DNA from: Promethearchaeota archaeon
Lineage (GTDB): Archaea > Asgardarchaeota > Lokiarchaeia > Sigyniarchaeales > SOKP01
Reading direction: 5' to 3'
DNA: 44,058 nucleotides
NCBI GenBank assembly: GCA_048938445.1
Contig: JBHLME010000020.1
Span: 1-44,058, forward strand
The translations under genes were made by a program, and so were the position numbers. Shown one piece after another: positions 10,415-19,873 of this stretch. Position 1 is the stretch's first letter; every line of letters starts with the position of its first letter. Below the pieces are notes generated by a model. That model did no database searches and was not told the DNA's origin. It was given only the letters and a program-made list of their open reading frames with translations.

Positions 10415-11128
10415 ATGAAATTAAAAAAAGTTGATGTGGTTTTTGTCATTTTATTAATAATTCTTACATTATTTACATTTGATTTATTATTTTTTGAAGA
10501 CCACAGGGCAATAATAACAAATATTTGGGACATTGAAAGTTTTGAACAGATTGGTTTTGAGTTTATTACTCTCAAACTCTTGATCGTTTTTTTGGTATGT
10601 CTTGTAGGAAATGTATCTCCAATACCCTCACCATATACATGGAGTGTATGTCTAGGATTCGCATATTTTGTAATTAATCCTTTAATACCATTATTATTTG
10701 GAATTGTGGCTGCCTTAGGAAGTTTATTGGGTGAATTAGTGGGTTATTATATAGGAAGAGGTACTGCAGAGATAATTTCAGACGAAAGAAAGGAAAATTT
10801 AAAAGGCTTACAAGTTTTTTTATTAAATCATCCAAAAATAGCCCCATTTCTCATTTTTCTGTTCGGTGCAACACCTTTGACTGATGATTTATTAACAATC
10901 CCTCTAGGGATATTAAAGTATGATGTGAAAAAAACAATTATATTCTGTTGGTTAGGTAAATTTTGCTTAATGCTCCTTTTTGCATATAATGTATTTTGGA
11001 TTTGTGACATTTTTGGTGGTGAAAATTGGATATTAAGTATAATTAGTTTGTATTTAATCATCATATTGATATATTTAATGCTACGAGTAAATATAGTAGA
11101 ACTCATTAAAAAGATAGTAGATAAATAA
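10415..11128 (+). CDS. DedA/VTT-domain membrane protein
   Basis: GSLLGELVGYYIGRG, FLFGATPLTDDLLTIPLG, GK motifs. Confidence 0.85.
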   Translation: MKLKKVDVVFVILLIILTLFTFDLLFFEDHRAIITNIWDIESFEQIGFEFITLKLLIVFLVCLVGNVSPIPSPYTWSVCLGFAYFVINPLIPLLFGIVAALGSLLGELVGYYIGRGTAEIISDERKENLKGLQVFLLNHPKIAPFLIFLFGATPLTDDLLTIPLGILKYDVKKTIIFCWLGKFCLMLLFAYNVFWICDIFGGENWILSIISLYLIIILIYLMLRVNIVELIKKIVDK

Positions 11129-11171
11129 GATTAATATAAACCTTAAAATAACGCGAAACTATTGACTTTAA

Positions 11172-11420
11172 TTATTCATTTGAATATTTTTCAATAAAAT
11201 AGTTTTGAAGAGAACACACATACTTCTCTAAGTTCAATATCAATATATCTTGTTGCATACTTCGAAGATAAGAAACATCTAAATCTTTAAAAAGTGTTTT
11301 TAAATGATCAATAGTTTCAAAAATTTCAACAACTTTTTTCCAGTCATTAGCCCATTCTAAATCCTGTATCCCGTTTTGTTCCATATCATCAGCTTTTATT
11401 TTATATATTAGATAATTCAT
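11172..11420 (-). CDS. Small hypothetical protein (start may be the internal Met, MEQNG)
   Basis: Amphipathic helical 70-82 aa ORF occupying an intergenic gap. Confidence 0.6.
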   Translation of the reverse strand: MNYLIYKIKADDMEQNGIQDLEWANDWKKVVEIFETIDHLKTLFKDLDVSYLRSMQQDILILNLEKYVCSLQNYFIEKYSNE

Positions 11421-11498
11421 AAATATTTTATTTGTCGTGTTGATCTAAAACTATTTACCTATATAAATGTTTAGGTACCGTCAGTTTTTTCATTTGAC

Positions 11499-11530
11499 AA
11501 GAAAGAAAAAAAAAAAAAAGAAAAAAAAAA
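11499..11530 (-). terminator. Oligo(U) archaeal-type terminator
   Basis: About 30-nt A tract on + (T tract on -), about 25 nt downstream of the stop at 11555. Confidence 0.6.
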
Positions 11531-11554
11531 TAGAATTTAATATCTTTAGACAGC

Positions 11555-12862
11555 TTAATGCCTTTTTTTTATTATAATTCCTACAGTTACAATAACTACA
11601 ATAACACCTACTATAATACCTCCAATGATTAAGATTTGAACCAGACTTAAGCCAGGTGCAGGATAAACATTTTCATATATATAGTTTTGATTTATACAAT
11701 TTGAGTTTTCATGGATTCCATTAGTATTTCCAGTTAAACTATTACCTGTTATCATATTGTTTGTACCCCAATCGATTAATATTCCATATTTACTATTATA
11801 ATTGATCACATTTTGCCCTATGAGATTATTTTCACAAGGATAACTTTCTGTTCCTCTAATAAATATTCCAGATTTATTGTTATACTCAATTACATTCCCA
11901 ATTATTTTATTATGATCGGTTCCATAACCTGTTATAATTCCATCTTCATAATTCGAGCTTATGGTGTTTCCAATAATATCGTTATATGGAGCAAATAGAG
12001 AAATCCCCCACTCATTTTGTTGTATTACATTTCTATAAACCAAGTTATAATTTATGTTTGAATAGCTAATACCAATATAAATTCCATGACTATTTCCCTC
12101 GACTAGAGTGCAATTTGTTATTGTATTATCTACAATAACATTATTATCACAGTGGTTTTCAGAAAAAGTTGATAGATAAATTCCATATTGACAATTCGAG
12201 ATGGTATTGCTGGATATAATATTATTATCACTGTCATCAACCATTATCCCAATATTATTACCTAAAACGGCTGTATTTCCAGTTATAATATTATCGGTCG
12301 CATTAATAACCCATATACCACGATTATTATAATTTACTATGTTTCCAGAAACCATTATAAATTGACACCTAGTACCAACATAAATTCCCGTTCCAATATG
12401 GTATGAACAAGCATTATTGATAATTTTTCCGTTCTTGACATTTTGCATGTCTATTCCAGCAGACGCAGAACTACCAATGTTTTTAAACACGCAATTTCTA
12501 ATAATAAAATATTCATCAGAATTTTCTATCGTAAGACCAATACCATCAACGCCTTGAAGGTCAATTACGTGATTTTCAATAATATAAGGATCATCAAGAG
12601 ACCCATCACCAGCAGAAACAAATCCAGAACTTTGAGCACTAGACCATCCAGAAGTCCCGCTAATAGTTATGGGAGAATTCCATACAGCTGAATTTTTAAC
12701 ATTAAATTCAATTGAATCATTTCCGATAATAGCGATATTTGGCATGAAATGAATGAGATTTATAGAAAGAATCGCTGTAGTAAATCCTAATAAAACAAAG
12801 GCACTAAAGATAGCTAATTTTATATTAATATAATTATTTTTTTTTCTTGAATAATTTTTCAT
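11555..12862 (-). CDS. Membrane-anchored right-handed beta-helix (NosD/CASH-like) surface protein
   Basis: GDGSLDDPYIIEN, repeated N.I.GN.I..N..GI; N- and C-terminal TM helices. Confidence 0.88.
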   Translation of the reverse strand: MKNYSRKKNNYINIKLAIFSAFVLLGFTTAILSINLIHFMPNIAIIGNDSIEFNVKNSAVWNSPITISGTSGWSSAQSSGFVSAGDGSLDDPYIIENHVIDLQGVDGIGLTIENSDEYFIIRNCVFKNIGSSASAGIDMQNVKNGKIINNACSYHIGTGIYVGTRCQFIMVSGNIVNYNNRGIWVINATDNIITGNTAVLGNNIGIMVDDSDNNIISSNTISNCQYGIYLSTFSENHCDNNVIVDNTITNCTLVEGNSHGIYIGISYSNINYNLVYRNVIQQNEWGISLFAPYNDIIGNTISSNYEDGIITGYGTDHNKIIGNVIEYNNKSGIFIRGTESYPCENNLIGQNVINYNSKYGILIDWGTNNMITGNSLTGNTNGIHENSNCINQNYIYENVYPAPGLSLVQILIIGGIIVGVIVVIVTVGIIIKKRH

Positions 12863-13011
12863 TTAAGATTCGCCTGTTTTCTTAAAATTAGAAGATTTAA
12901 AAAATTCACTTCTTTAATTATCTTAAATTTCTTCGATCGATATTAAAAATACCTTTGGAATAATCCTTAAGTTTTTCAGATAAAATAAAATTTAAAAAAA
13001 AAGAAAAATGC

Positions 13012-13899
13012 TTAAGAAATAAATCCACTACTTCTTAAACCTCTTGTAAGCCATTCCAATTGTAATTCTAATCCCCCCAAGTGCTCTTTTGTAAAAATTT
13101 TAGAATTTGGAATGAAAGTATCGAAATATTGTGAAGCAATATAATTCATCGAAGAATCTTCATTATACCATTTGATTATTGCATATTTTGTTTGAAAATG
13201 TAGGTCTTCCATTTCATTTAGTATTCTATCGCATTCTTCACCCGCCCAGACACCATAATGCGCTAAAGAAATAGAATCATATTTATCGCGTAATTCTCTC
13301 AATTTTTGAAATGACTTAAGAACTTCTGGTTCATAAAAATCGGATGGCATAAAAGTAGGTTGAAAGGTATCATAATCGAGTCTATCAATTACAGTGTCTC
13401 CAACAAAAATGTTTTTATTTTTGGAATCTAAGAGAGCAATTGAATCCATGGTATGTCCAAAGAAATTCAGAACTTCTAATTTTAAACCGTTTAAATCAAT
13501 AATATCACCTTCTTTTAATGGGGTTACATCAAGCACGGGATCAACTCTAGTATCAAATAAACTATTTATTTTATCTGGATTTTTTAAATTATCAATTGCT
13601 TTTTCAGAAGCTAAGAATTCAACATCAATATCTTTCATTGCTTTCTTTATCTTTTCTGCTCCCTGGAAATGGTCCCAATGACTATGTGTAAAAAAAATTT
13701 TATGAATCGGAAAAATATTCAATTCTTGTAACTTTTTTATAATCTTTCTTGCAGAATACCCCGCAGAAGTGTCAATCATCATTCTAAGACCGTCATTTTC
13801 AATCACGTAGACAGACATTGTTCCATTCAATCCAAACAATAACCCATCAATAAGATAAGTATTATCGTTAAATTTTCCATCAGAATTTATGAAAACCAT
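13012..13899 (-). CDS. Metallo-beta-lactamase-fold hydrolase (paralog 1)
   Basis: THSHWDH, GHT, FVGD, AHYG. Confidence 0.92.
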   Translation of the reverse strand: MVFINSDGKFNDNTYLIDGLLFGLNGTMSVYVIENDGLRMMIDTSAGYSARKIIKKLQELNIFPIHKIFFTHSHWDHFQGAEKIKKAMKDIDVEFLASEKAIDNLKNPDKINSLFDTRVDPVLDVTPLKEGDIIDLNGLKLEVLNFFGHTMDSIALLDSKNKNIFVGDTVIDRLDYDTFQPTFMPSDFYEPEVLKSFQKLRELRDKYDSISLAHYGVWAGEECDRILNEMEDLHFQTKYAIIKWYNEDSSMNYIASQYFDTFIPNSKIFTKEHLGGLELQLEWLTRGLRSSGFIS

Positions 13900-14045
13900 A
13901 ATATTTCACTCATTTATTTTTCTTTAGTAATAATTAAAAATTAGATAGAGTTACTTTCTTACTATTAAAAAACGTTTTTGTTTAATATAAAAAGTGTTAA
14001 ATGTTTATGTTAGAATTATTTAATGTTATGAAATGATTTGAGGGG

Positions 14046-14933
14046 TTAAGAAATAAATCCACTTGCCTTTAAGCCATAAATGAGCCACTTTAATTGCATT
14101 TGCAATCCTTTCAAGTTATCTCTTCTATAATTTCTAGAATTTGGGATAAATTTATCATAGTATTTTGAAGCAATATATTCCACAGAAGGATTTTCCTCAT
14201 ACCATTTAATTATCGAATCTTTTGTTTTAAAATGTAGGTCTTCCATCTCATCTAATATTCGATCGCAATCCTCATCCATCCAGACTCCATAATGAGCTAA
14301 TGAAATAGAGTTAATCTTTTCTCTCATATCCCTTAATTTTTGAAATGTTTTTAAGATCTCAGCTTCATTAAAATCTGTTGGCATAAATGTGGGTTGAAAA
14401 GTTTCATAATTCACTCTGTCTATAATAGCATCTCCTACGAAAATATTTTTATTCTTAGAATCAAAAATCGCAATTGAATCCATTGTATGGCCAAAAAAAT
14501 TTAACACTTCTAAATTTAGACCATTTAAATCAATGATATCTCCTTCTTTTAAAGAGGTAACATCTTCAACGGGATCAACAGTATGTTCAAACGCCGAATT
14601 AATTCTATCAGGATTATGTAAATTGGGTATAGCCTTTTCAGACGCCAGAACTTCAATATCGGTTTCTTTCATTAAATTTTTTAATAGATTTACACCTTGA
14701 ATGTGATCCATATGAGAATGTGTTAATAGAATCTTATTTATGGGAAATAAGTTCAATTCTTTTAATTTTTTGACGATTATATTAGTTGCATTGTCTGATG
14801 CTGTATCAATTAACATTCGCATCCCATTATTCTCAATTACATACATAGAATAAAGTTTTTCTATTCTAAATAACAATCCATCAATAAGATAAGAATTATC
14901 ATTAAATTTACCTTCTGAATATATGAAAACCAT
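14046..14933 (-). CDS. Metallo-beta-lactamase-fold hydrolase (paralog 2)
   Basis: THSHMDH, GHT, FVGD, AHYG; same 295-aa length as its neighbour. Confidence 0.92.
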   Translation of the reverse strand: MVFIYSEGKFNDNSYLIDGLLFRIEKLYSMYVIENNGMRMLIDTASDNATNIIVKKLKELNLFPINKILLTHSHMDHIQGVNLLKNLMKETDIEVLASEKAIPNLHNPDRINSAFEHTVDPVEDVTSLKEGDIIDLNGLNLEVLNFFGHTMDSIAIFDSKNKNIFVGDAIIDRVNYETFQPTFMPTDFNEAEILKTFQKLRDMREKINSISLAHYGVWMDEDCDRILDEMEDLHFKTKDSIIKWYEENPSVEYIASKYYDKFIPNSRNYRRDNLKGLQMQLKWLIYGLKASGFIS

Positions 14934-15066
14934 TATATCACACTAAAATTATTATAAAGTTAATATTCTTTTTAGATAAAGTTAATTTCTTAATTAAAAA
15001 ATATTTTTGTGAACATTTTAAGGTATTCAAGATCTCTGCGATAAGTATAAGCAAACCAGATTTTTT

Positions 15067-15082
15067 ACAAAAAATTTAAAAT
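15067..15082 (+). promoter_or_regulatory. Putative BRE/TATA promoter for the leader-cimA transcript
   Basis: A-rich ACAAAAAA followed by TTTAAAA (15075-15081), about 26-32 nt upstream of ATG 15107, consistent with a leaderless start. Confidence 0.45.
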
Positions 15083-15106
15083 GTTTGAAACCAATGTATA
15101 ATTAAT

Positions 15107-15175
15107 ATGAAACAAAAAATAATTCCAAGCATATGTATTATAGCTAGTATCATTATTGGGATTATTATTATTTAA
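15107..15175 (+). CDS. Putative Ile-rich leader peptide MKQKIIPSICIIASIIIGIIII
   Basis: ATG..TAA, 22 codons, 12 Ile (8 ATT, 3 ATA, 1 ATC), no Leu/Val/Phe; immediately upstream of cimA. Confidence 0.7.
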   Translation: MKQKIIPSICIIASIIIGIIII

Positions 15176-15182
15176 TTTCATA

Positions 15183-15244
15183 AAAGAAATTTTAAACTCT
15201 TTTAACCTTTCTTTTCTTAACGTTTCTGGGTTTAAAATTTCTTT
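15183..15244 (+). promoter_or_regulatory. Long hairpin between the leader ORF and cimA (candidate attenuator structure)
   Basis: AAAGAAATTTTAAAC (15183-15197) and GTTTAAAATTTCTTT (15230-15244) form a perfect 15-bp inverted repeat, plus U.G and C-G pairs; 28-nt pyrimidine-rich loop. Confidence 0.7.
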
Positions 15245-15284
15245 GTTCAAGATAAAATAAAAACAGTGGAGTGTGAGAAAAGTA

Positions 15285-16883
15285 ATGGCCGAAAAAAAAG
15301 TGTATATTTATGATGCAACCTTGAGAGAGGGTAGTCAGAAAACGGGAATTTCGTTTTCAATGGAGGATAAATTTAGAATTATTGAAAGACTGATTCAAGA
15401 CCTTCACATCCCAATGATTGAGGCAGGATGGCCAGGATCAAATCCTAAAGATATTGATCTCTTTCAAAAAATTAAAGAAGTAGGACTGAATGGAACGAAT
15501 ATTTACGCTTTTGGGTCAACTCGTCGTAAAGACAGTTGTGCAGAAGATGATCCTAGTATTCAAGCAATCATTGATGCGGAAGTAAAAGGAGCAACTATTT
15601 TTGGGAAATCATGGGATTTACACGTTGAAACTGCCTTAGAAACTACACTTGAAGAGAATTTACTAATGATTCAAGATACAATTGAATGTTTAAAAAACAA
15701 TAAAATTGAGGTAATTTATGATGCTGAACATTTTTTTGATGGATATAAGAATAATAAAGAATACACACTGAAATGTATAGAAACGGCTAAAAACGCTGGA
15801 GCCTCTTGGATAACTTTATGCGATACAATTGGAGGAATTTTACCTCATGAACTAAAACCAATCATTTCTGAAGTAAAAAGCTGCGTTGGTAATGTCCCTT
15901 TAGGAATCCATGCTCATAATGATTCTGGAATGGCAAATGCAATTGCTCTTGAAGCTTATCTTCAAGGTGTCGAAATGATCCAAGGAACATTAAATGGATT
16001 TGGGGAAAGATGTGGAAATACTGATCTAACAACAATCTTACCAGTATTAAAATTAAAAATGAATGTTGATTGCATAAGTGATCATGATTTACAAAATTTA
16101 ACAGAAGTCTCTCACTTCATTTATGAAATGGCAAATTTACCTGGAGCACCGGACCAACCATTTGTAGGAAAAAATGCATTTTCTCATAAAGCCGGCATGC
16201 ATATTTCTGCAATGTTAAAGAATTTACGAACATATGAACACATAAATCCTGATGTAGTTGGTAATACTCGAGATATAAAAGTATCGGAATTGGCGGGGAA
16301 GAGCTCAGTCCTACACATGGCAGAGAAGTTCAAGCTTCCTTTAACAGCTGACAATCCAAAAGTAAAAGCCATTCTTGATGTGTTGAAGGAGAAAGAGAAT
16401 CAAGGATATTCTTTTGAAGGTGCTGAAGGTTCTTTAGAGATTTTGATGCGTAGTATGGACATGAGTATTCAAGATCCAAATTATTACAGGAATAAGTTTT
16501 TTAACTTAGAGGGTTTTAGGGTTTTAACTGAAATGTACAAGGATACATTGTTATCAGAAGCTACAATTAAAGTAAAAGTAGGAAATGACCATTTTCATAC
16601 TGCAGCTGAAGGAAATGGTCCTGTAAATGCTTTAGATAATGCTCTTAAGAAAGCTTTAGTGTACTTTTACCCTAGTATAAAAGAAATCGATTTATCTGAT
16701 TTTAAAGTTAGAATTATCAATCAAGCGGGTACTGCATCAGTCGTGAGAGTATTAGCAGAAACTCATGATAATGAGGGAGCATGGGGCACGATTGGAGCTC
16801 ATGAAAACATTATTGTTGCTTCTTGGGATGCTTTAGTAGATTCATATGTTTACAAGTTATTGAAGAATAAAGCAAATTGGTAA
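15285..16883 (+). CDS. cimA: Citramalate synthase (LeuA/CimA family); alternative GTG start at 15273
   Basis: YDATLREGSQ, EAGWPGSNPKD, IFGKSWDLHV, YDAEHFFDG, HAHND, GERCGN and a C-terminal regulatory domain (GNGPVNALD); signature of the bacterial-type CimA clade. Confidence 0.88.
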   Translation: MAEKKVYIYDATLREGSQKTGISFSMEDKFRIIERLIQDLHIPMIEAGWPGSNPKDIDLFQKIKEVGLNGTNIYAFGSTRRKDSCAEDDPSIQAIIDAEVKGATIFGKSWDLHVETALETTLEENLLMIQDTIECLKNNKIEVIYDAEHFFDGYKNNKEYTLKCIETAKNAGASWITLCDTIGGILPHELKPIISEVKSCVGNVPLGIHAHNDSGMANAIALEAYLQGVEMIQGTLNGFGERCGNTDLTTILPVLKLKMNVDCISDHDLQNLTEVSHFIYEMANLPGAPDQPFVGKNAFSHKAGMHISAMLKNLRTYEHINPDVVGNTRDIKVSELAGKSSVLHMAEKFKLPLTADNPKVKAILDVLKEKENQGYSFEGAEGSLEILMRSMDMSIQDPNYYRNKFFNLEGFRVLTEMYKDTLLSEATIKVKVGNDHFHTAAEGNGPVNALDNALKKALVYFYPSIKEIDLSDFKVRIINQAGTASVVRVLAETHDNEGAWGTIGAHENIIVASWDALVDSYVYKLLKNKANW

Positions 16884-16912
16884 GAATTTTCATCTATTTT
16901 CTTTTTATGTAA

Positions 16913-18061
16913 TTAAAAATAGAGCGAAAAATGTTTTTTTATCAATTCTTCTACTCCTTTGAATTCCGAAATATCAATTAAATTATTTAAATCTTGTATT
17001 TGTATCAATTCTTCCTTAAATAACGATTCAAATTCCATTGCGAACTCATGCATCATTGAAGATAAGAAATCATTTTTCTTTTTTGTTGTTAGAAGCACTG
17101 CAAATCCAAATTCATTATTATAATCAACAATTATATCCGAACTTTTAGTTTTTAACACGTTAATTTGATTGTTTGTATCAATAAACTCTGCTACTATATG
17201 GTTTAATCCAATCAAAATATTTCCCCATATCGAGGATTCGGTTTTAGGTGTTTCATATTCAAATCTGTATGAATAGAGCTGAACTCCAGATTTATGATAA
17301 ATATCAATCGAATAGATCATATTAGTTAAATTTGTAATTGATATTTTACGAGTTTTCATTAACCGAATCAATAATAATAATAATACAAATTGTACTAGAT
17401 AAAAATGTATATCTCTCATAACCGTTAATTCTAACAAGAGATAAAAAATATAGAATAAAAATGGAATACAGAGTAATATGTTAATAAATAAAAGAGATCT
17501 ACTCAAACTTTTATCTCTTGAATAGAGATGAATTAATGAACCATAATAAAGAAAGAAAGAGATGAAATAGATACAAGTCAAAAATAAAATTATCTTAGAT
17601 ACTAAATTAAATGAGTAGTTGATAATCGTGAGATCTAGTATTATAAAAGGAGGTAATTCAATTGAATTAATTGTAATTTGAATTGAATCTTGTATGATTA
17701 GTGTCCCTATTAATAAACCAAATAAAAACATAAAAAGAATATACGTAATGAGATCTATCTTGGTATAGTGTTTTATTGATGAGATTCCTATTAATAAAAG
17801 TCCAAAATTCAAAAATTCAAAAAGAATTGAAAGTTTAAACAGGAAAATGTTTAAATTTCCAGGAAAGAGGATAATAAGTGAAAAAATAAAAAGACTTGGA
17901 AAAATAATACTGCTTAATATGAAGGATACGCGGGTGATTAAGATTTTATAATTAAAAAAACCCTTTTTATATTTAGGTTTAATAACAAAAGGTAAGCTAA
18001 AACTCAAGATAATTGAAATAGTGTAAATTATAACATATAGAATAAAAAATAAAGCGGACAT
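16913..18061 (-). CDS. Multi-TM (about 7) protein fused to a C-terminal longin-like domain
   Basis: Hydrophobic N-terminal 240 aa; C-terminal IYHKSGVQLYSYRF...ILIGLNHIVAEF...FAVLLT...F...F. Confidence 0.7.
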   Translation of the reverse strand: MSALFFILYVIIYTISIILSFSLPFVIKPKYKKGFFNYKILITRVSFILSSIIFPSLFIFSLIILFPGNLNIFLFKLSILFEFLNFGLLLIGISSIKHYTKIDLITYILFMFLFGLLIGTLIIQDSIQITINSIELPPFIILDLTIINYSFNLVSKIILFLTCIYFISFFLYYGSLIHLYSRDKSLSRSLLFINILLCIPFLFYIFYLLLELTVMRDIHFYLVQFVLLLLLIRLMKTRKISITNLTNMIYSIDIYHKSGVQLYSYRFEYETPKTESSIWGNILIGLNHIVAEFIDTNNQINVLKTKSSDIIVDYNNEFGFAVLLTTKKKNDFLSSMMHEFAMEFESLFKEELIQIQDLNNLIDISEFKGVEELIKKHFSLYF

Positions 18062-18070
18062 TGTATATAG

Positions 18071-19192
18071 TTATCTTTTAATATTTTTCTTCTGTATATA
18101 TGGTTTAAAATACTCATTAATAAGTTCTTTGGTATTTTTAAATGCAGAAATATCTATTAACAAACTAGCTTTTTCAAGTTCTCTTAATGTTTCCTTATTA
18201 GTTTCATTAAATTTTTCCATCAGATTTTTCACAGCTTTCGTAATTATATGATTTTTTTGGTTTGTGATTAATAGGACGGCATAACCGTAATCAATGTCGT
18301 ATTGAAATACTAAATCATGATTTTCTAATTTAATAAGATTAAGTTGATCTTTTTTATCGAGGAATTTTGAAAGAATATGGTTAATCCCAATTAAAATAGA
18401 TCCTTTTAATAGTGTTTCATCAGTTTCTTGTCCTGTTTTAAAATTATAGGAAAAAAGTAGAATACCACTTTTATGAAATATTATGAATTCGTTAATTTCA
18501 TTAGATATTGCAATAAATGCATGAGGATTTTTAACAATCACATAAAGGTTCATTACAGAGCTAAGGATATAAAATAAATTACTTATATCCGCAAATAAGA
18601 AAGTTTGGGTGATTGTATAGTATGTATAAGTAAAAATGATGAAACCCAATAGGAAAAGAGATAGGAACAAATATTTTTCTATTTTTTGGTCAGGTATATT
18701 CGCTCGACTTCTAATATGAACATGAATGATAAAAAACAGGATTAAAAAATCGAAAAATACAATAAAAATCAACAAAAATGGATTATGAAATATATAAACA
18801 TAAAAAGTGCTTGTAGGAATAATTTCTACTGAATCTTGAAAACTCATTAAACTTATTATGATACCAGCAATCAGACAGAGAATTAAAAGAGGAATTTTTT
18901 CTATTTTATAACTTTCTAACGTTAAACCATAAATTATTAATAATAAACTCATATCTATCATTCTCATGATGATTGAAAGCTTCCAAAATAAAAGTGCATA
19001 CTCATAAGATATAAGAATTTCTGTAGACAAATAAAAAAACAAATAAAAAAGAATGCCATAAAACAAATAGGTAAAAATAAACAAGATAAAATTAGGTGAA
19101 GTATAAAGCTTTTTATAATTAATGATAATATAGGATATTGAAACTATAGATAAAATGAATGAGATTGTTAAGGGGATTATGCCAATTATCAT
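18071..19192 (-). CDS. Multi-TM (about 7) protein fused to a C-terminal longin-like domain (paralog)
   Basis: IFHKSGILLFSYNF...ILIGINHILSKF...YAVLLIT; 9-nt gap to the next gene. Confidence 0.7.
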   Translation of the reverse strand: MIIGIIPLTISFILSIVSISYIIINYKKLYTSPNFILFIFTYLFYGILFYLFFYLSTEILISYEYALLFWKLSIIMRMIDMSLLLIIYGLTLESYKIEKIPLLILCLIAGIIISLMSFQDSVEIIPTSTFYVYIFHNPFLLIFIVFFDFLILFFIIHVHIRSRANIPDQKIEKYLFLSLFLLGFIIFTYTYYTITQTFLFADISNLFYILSSVMNLYVIVKNPHAFIAISNEINEFIIFHKSGILLFSYNFKTGQETDETLLKGSILIGINHILSKFLDKKDQLNLIKLENHDLVFQYDIDYGYAVLLITNQKNHIITKAVKNLMEKFNETNKETLRELEKASLLIDISAFKNTKELINEYFKPYIQKKNIKR

Positions 19193-19251
19193 TTTTTACT
19201 CAAGAGTCAAAACTATTGGAATTTCATTGTTGTTATATATGATTTTAACCA

Positions 19252-19797
19252 TCATTTATTTAAAAATTTTTTAATAATTAGATAATTTCTCCTAACTGAA
19301 TAACATTTTCGTTTTACTTTTAACCAACCGACTTTATTTGTTTTTACGTTATCGAATTTAGGGATATAAGGTTTAATATCTAAAATAGGTGTTTTATCAA
19401 TGGCATCAATATTGTCAACATGTATTTCATTATTTTTTATACTCAAAATTCTAAAAATTGAAAATCCAATAGGATTAGGTCTAAGTGGTGTTCTAATTGC
19501 AAAAACACCATGCTCTTGATTATCAAGAAAAGGTTTAGACTGGAGTGGAACTGGAAGTTTTACCATATCAAAAAAATAGAGACAAATCAAATGGGAGAAT
19601 CCTTCTAAGTCTTTTAATCCTTCATAATAGTTTGGAAAAATTTCAAGCATACCTTTTAAATGAGATAATGAATATTGAATGGGAATTTCTTTTAAGTTTT
19701 GTAATTCAGAATGTATCATTCCAATAGGTTGGAAGCATATCTCTTCTGGAAATTTCCGTTCTTTAAAATCTTTAATTTCTCTTTTAAGAATATCCAT
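19252..19797 (-). CDS. trmO: tRNA (N6-threonylcarbamoyladenosine-N6)-methyltransferase TrmO/TsaA
   Basis: PIGMIHS, GLKDLEGFSHL, GVFAIRTPLRPNPIG, DAIDKTPILDIKPY. Confidence 0.9.
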   Translation of the reverse strand: MDILKREIKDFKERKFPEEICFQPIGMIHSELQNLKEIPIQYSLSHLKGMLEIFPNYYEGLKDLEGFSHLICLYFFDMVKLPVPLQSKPFLDNQEHGVFAIRTPLRPNPIGFSIFRILSIKNNEIHVDNIDAIDKTPILDIKPYIPKFDNVKTNKVGWLKVKRKCYSVRRNYLIIKKFLNK

Positions 19798-19873
19798 ACG
19801 TTACTTCATATCTTATTTAATAAAAAGATTTATGAATCATGAAACTGATTATTTGTTTAAAAATTTCGATTAG

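Noticed and set aside
15065-15250. 61-aa minus-strand ORF in the track
   Set aside because: It is the antisense shadow of the Ile leader and hairpin (NNNNPNN mirrors the ATT codons), with a TTG start and no protein-like features.
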